From Acidimicrobiales bacterium (lineage in GTDB: Bacteria > Actinomycetota > Acidimicrobiia > Acidimicrobiales > SHLQ01), in the NCBI GenBank assembly GCA_051011575.1, contig JBPCTR010000304.1, positions 1 to 54,779 on the forward strand: a DNA stretch of 54,779 bases, written 5' to 3'. Under the pieces are notes generated by a model that made no database searches, had not been told where the DNA came from, and saw only the letters and a list, made by a program, of their open reading frames with translations. This document shows positions 53,728 to 54,779 of the stretch, piece by piece. The translations under genes and the position numbers were made by a program. The stretch's first letter is position 1; each line of letters opens with the position of its first letter.

Positions 53728-53832
53728 GCTGCCGTTGACGCGAGAACGCCGCGGTTGCCGTCTCTCGTGGGGGCGCTAGCCTTTTCCCGTTCCATGCGGT
53801 CGAGCCTCGGCCGCCTGAGAGGGAGAACACAC

Positions 53833-54779
53833 ATGACTTCGAACGTCCTCCGGCGCGTCATCCGGCTCCTCGCCATGATGTTCGCGCTGACGCTCGTCGC
53901 CGCCGCTTGCGGTAGCGACGACACCGGCGAGACCGCCGACTCGACCACGACGACGGCAGCAGATGCCGGTACCGACGGTGGCGACGACGGCGCCGATGAC
54001 TCGGCATTGCCGGATCTTGGTGGCCGCAACGTGACGGTCGGTGTGGAGAACGCCTACCTGCCGTTCAACTACATCCCCGTCGGGGGCGACGAGGGTGAGG
54101 GTTGGGACTACGACGCGTGGAACGAGATCTGCCGTCTGCTGAACTGCACCGCCGAGTTCGTGGCCGCCGGTTGGCCCGACGTGATCGACCAGGTCGCTCA
54201 GGGTGAGCTCGACACGGCTGCCGATGGCATCTCGATCACCGATGAGCGCAAGGAGATCGTCGACTACTCCGACTCGTACATGACGGTGCAGCAGAAGTTC
54301 ATCGTCGGTCTCGACGACGACCGCTACGCGAGCGCCGACGACATCATCGACGGTGACGCGATCGTGGCTACTCAGGTGGGAACCACGAACTTCGAGCTGG
54401 CCGAGTCGCTGCTCGGTGGCACCGATCGCATCCAGGCCTACGACCAGTTCGGGCTCGCTGTTCAGGCGTTGATCACCGGCGATGTCGATGCGGTGATCAT
54501 CGACGACGCTGCCGGTGTGGGCTACATCGGTGAGAACGCTGATCAGGTGAAGACGATCGACGACGGACTCCAGTCCGACCCGCTCGGTTTCATCTACCCG
54601 CAGGGTTCTGACCTGATCGATCCGGTCAATGCCGCCATTGCCGAGATGAAGACGTCGGGCTTCTTCGAGGAGATCGGCCGCAAGTTCTTCGGCACCGAGT
54701 TCACCGTCACCTACGACGACATCGCTGATGTGGTGCTTCCGGGCGACGACGGCGCCGATGACTCGGCATTGCCGGATCT
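53833..54779 (+). CDS. Amino-acid ABC transporter substrate-binding lipoprotein (family 3), apparently with tandemly duplicated SBP modules; truncated by the window end
   Basis: ATG at 53833 behind a GAGAGGGAG RBS, and lipobox LTLVAAAC. SBP_bac_3-like core (VGVENAYLPFNY...DTAADGISITDERKEIVDYSDSY...). A second copy of the GDDGADDSALPD linker begins at 54742. Confidence 0.8.
   Translation, partial: MTSNVLRRVIRLLAMMFALTLVAAACGSDDTGETADSTTTTAADAGTDGGDDGADDSALPDLGGRNVTVGVENAYLPFNYIPVGGDEGEGWDYDAWNEICRLLNCTAEFVAAGWPDVIDQVAQGELDTAADGISITDERKEIVDYSDSYMTVQQKFIVGLDDDRYASADDIIDGDAIVATQVGTTNFELAESLLGGTDRIQAYDQFGLAVQALITGDVDAVIIDDAAGVGYIGENADQVKTIDDGLQSDPLGFIYPQGSDLIDPVNAAIAEMKTSGFFEEIGRKFFGTEFTVTYDDIADVVLPGDDGADDSALPD

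Noticed and set aside
53626-53832. Assignment of the leader to a known riboswitch class (for example c-di-AMP/ydaO or glycine)
   Set aside because: I could not find the conserved core sequences of these classes by eye. Only a generic hairpin is supported.
1-54779. Mobile genetic elements, prophage, or known defence systems (restriction-modification, toxin-antitoxin, CBASS, Cas and similar)
   Set aside because: No transposase, integrase, recombinase, phage structural gene, nuclease/helicase defence-type gene or flanking long inverted or direct repeat was recognised. Gene content and conserved core genes indicate ordinary chromosomal backbone.

Overview
This is a high-GC (roughly two-thirds G+C by eye) actinobacterial-type chromosomal segment. 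Core genes present are mshA (mycothiol), radA, ispD/ispF and rlmB. I count about 50 tightly packed CDS, mostly on the + strand, and many are joined by 1-11 nt start/stop overlaps. In order: (1) a divergent MFS-efflux/TetR pair; (2) an AhpD/CMD-like gene split by an in-frame TGA at the second Cys of its CxxC motif (candidate selenoprotein), coupled to an SDR and an esterase; (3) a membrane-anchored SRPBCC protein; (4) an orphan hybrid histidine kinase; (5) a ThDP enzyme coupled to a family-III CoA-transferase; (6) a c-di-GMP module, comprising a membrane HD-GYP with an unusual C-terminal extracytoplasmic domain and a divergent PilZ followed by an acyl-CoA dehydrogenase; (7) a Dpp/Opp-type peptide ABC operon; (8) an FAD oxidoreductase and a DMT transporter; (9) a Liv-type ABC operon with a co-transcribed DUF1989 gene; (10) a USP and an ornithine cyclodeaminase; (11) a lipoprotein/membrane-protein pair; (12) a CoA-transferase with non-canonical motif order coupled to putA; (13) a class IV aminotransferase, ABM and sulfotransferase-like genes; (14) NnrE, LarE and CMD; (15) LexA boxes and a possible leaderless micro-ORF upstream of radA; (16) a MacB-type ABC transporter; (17) Crp, ispDF, an RTX-like secreted protein, rlmB, mshA and ybjN; (18) the start of a tandemly duplicated solute-binding protein. 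A roughly 62-nt palindromic repeat family occurs at three gene ends, and a 39/40-nt direct repeat lies in one intergenic region. I found no rRNA or tRNA genes, transposase, integrase, CRISPR-cas locus or recognisable defence genes. I cannot identify a clear self-contained novel multi-gene system. The most unusual items are the candidate Sec-AhpD gene, the HD-GYP/PilZ module, the repeat family, the permuted CoA-transferase and the SOS-box/micro-ORF leader of radA. All functional calls rest on motif recognition by eye, and no database search was run.
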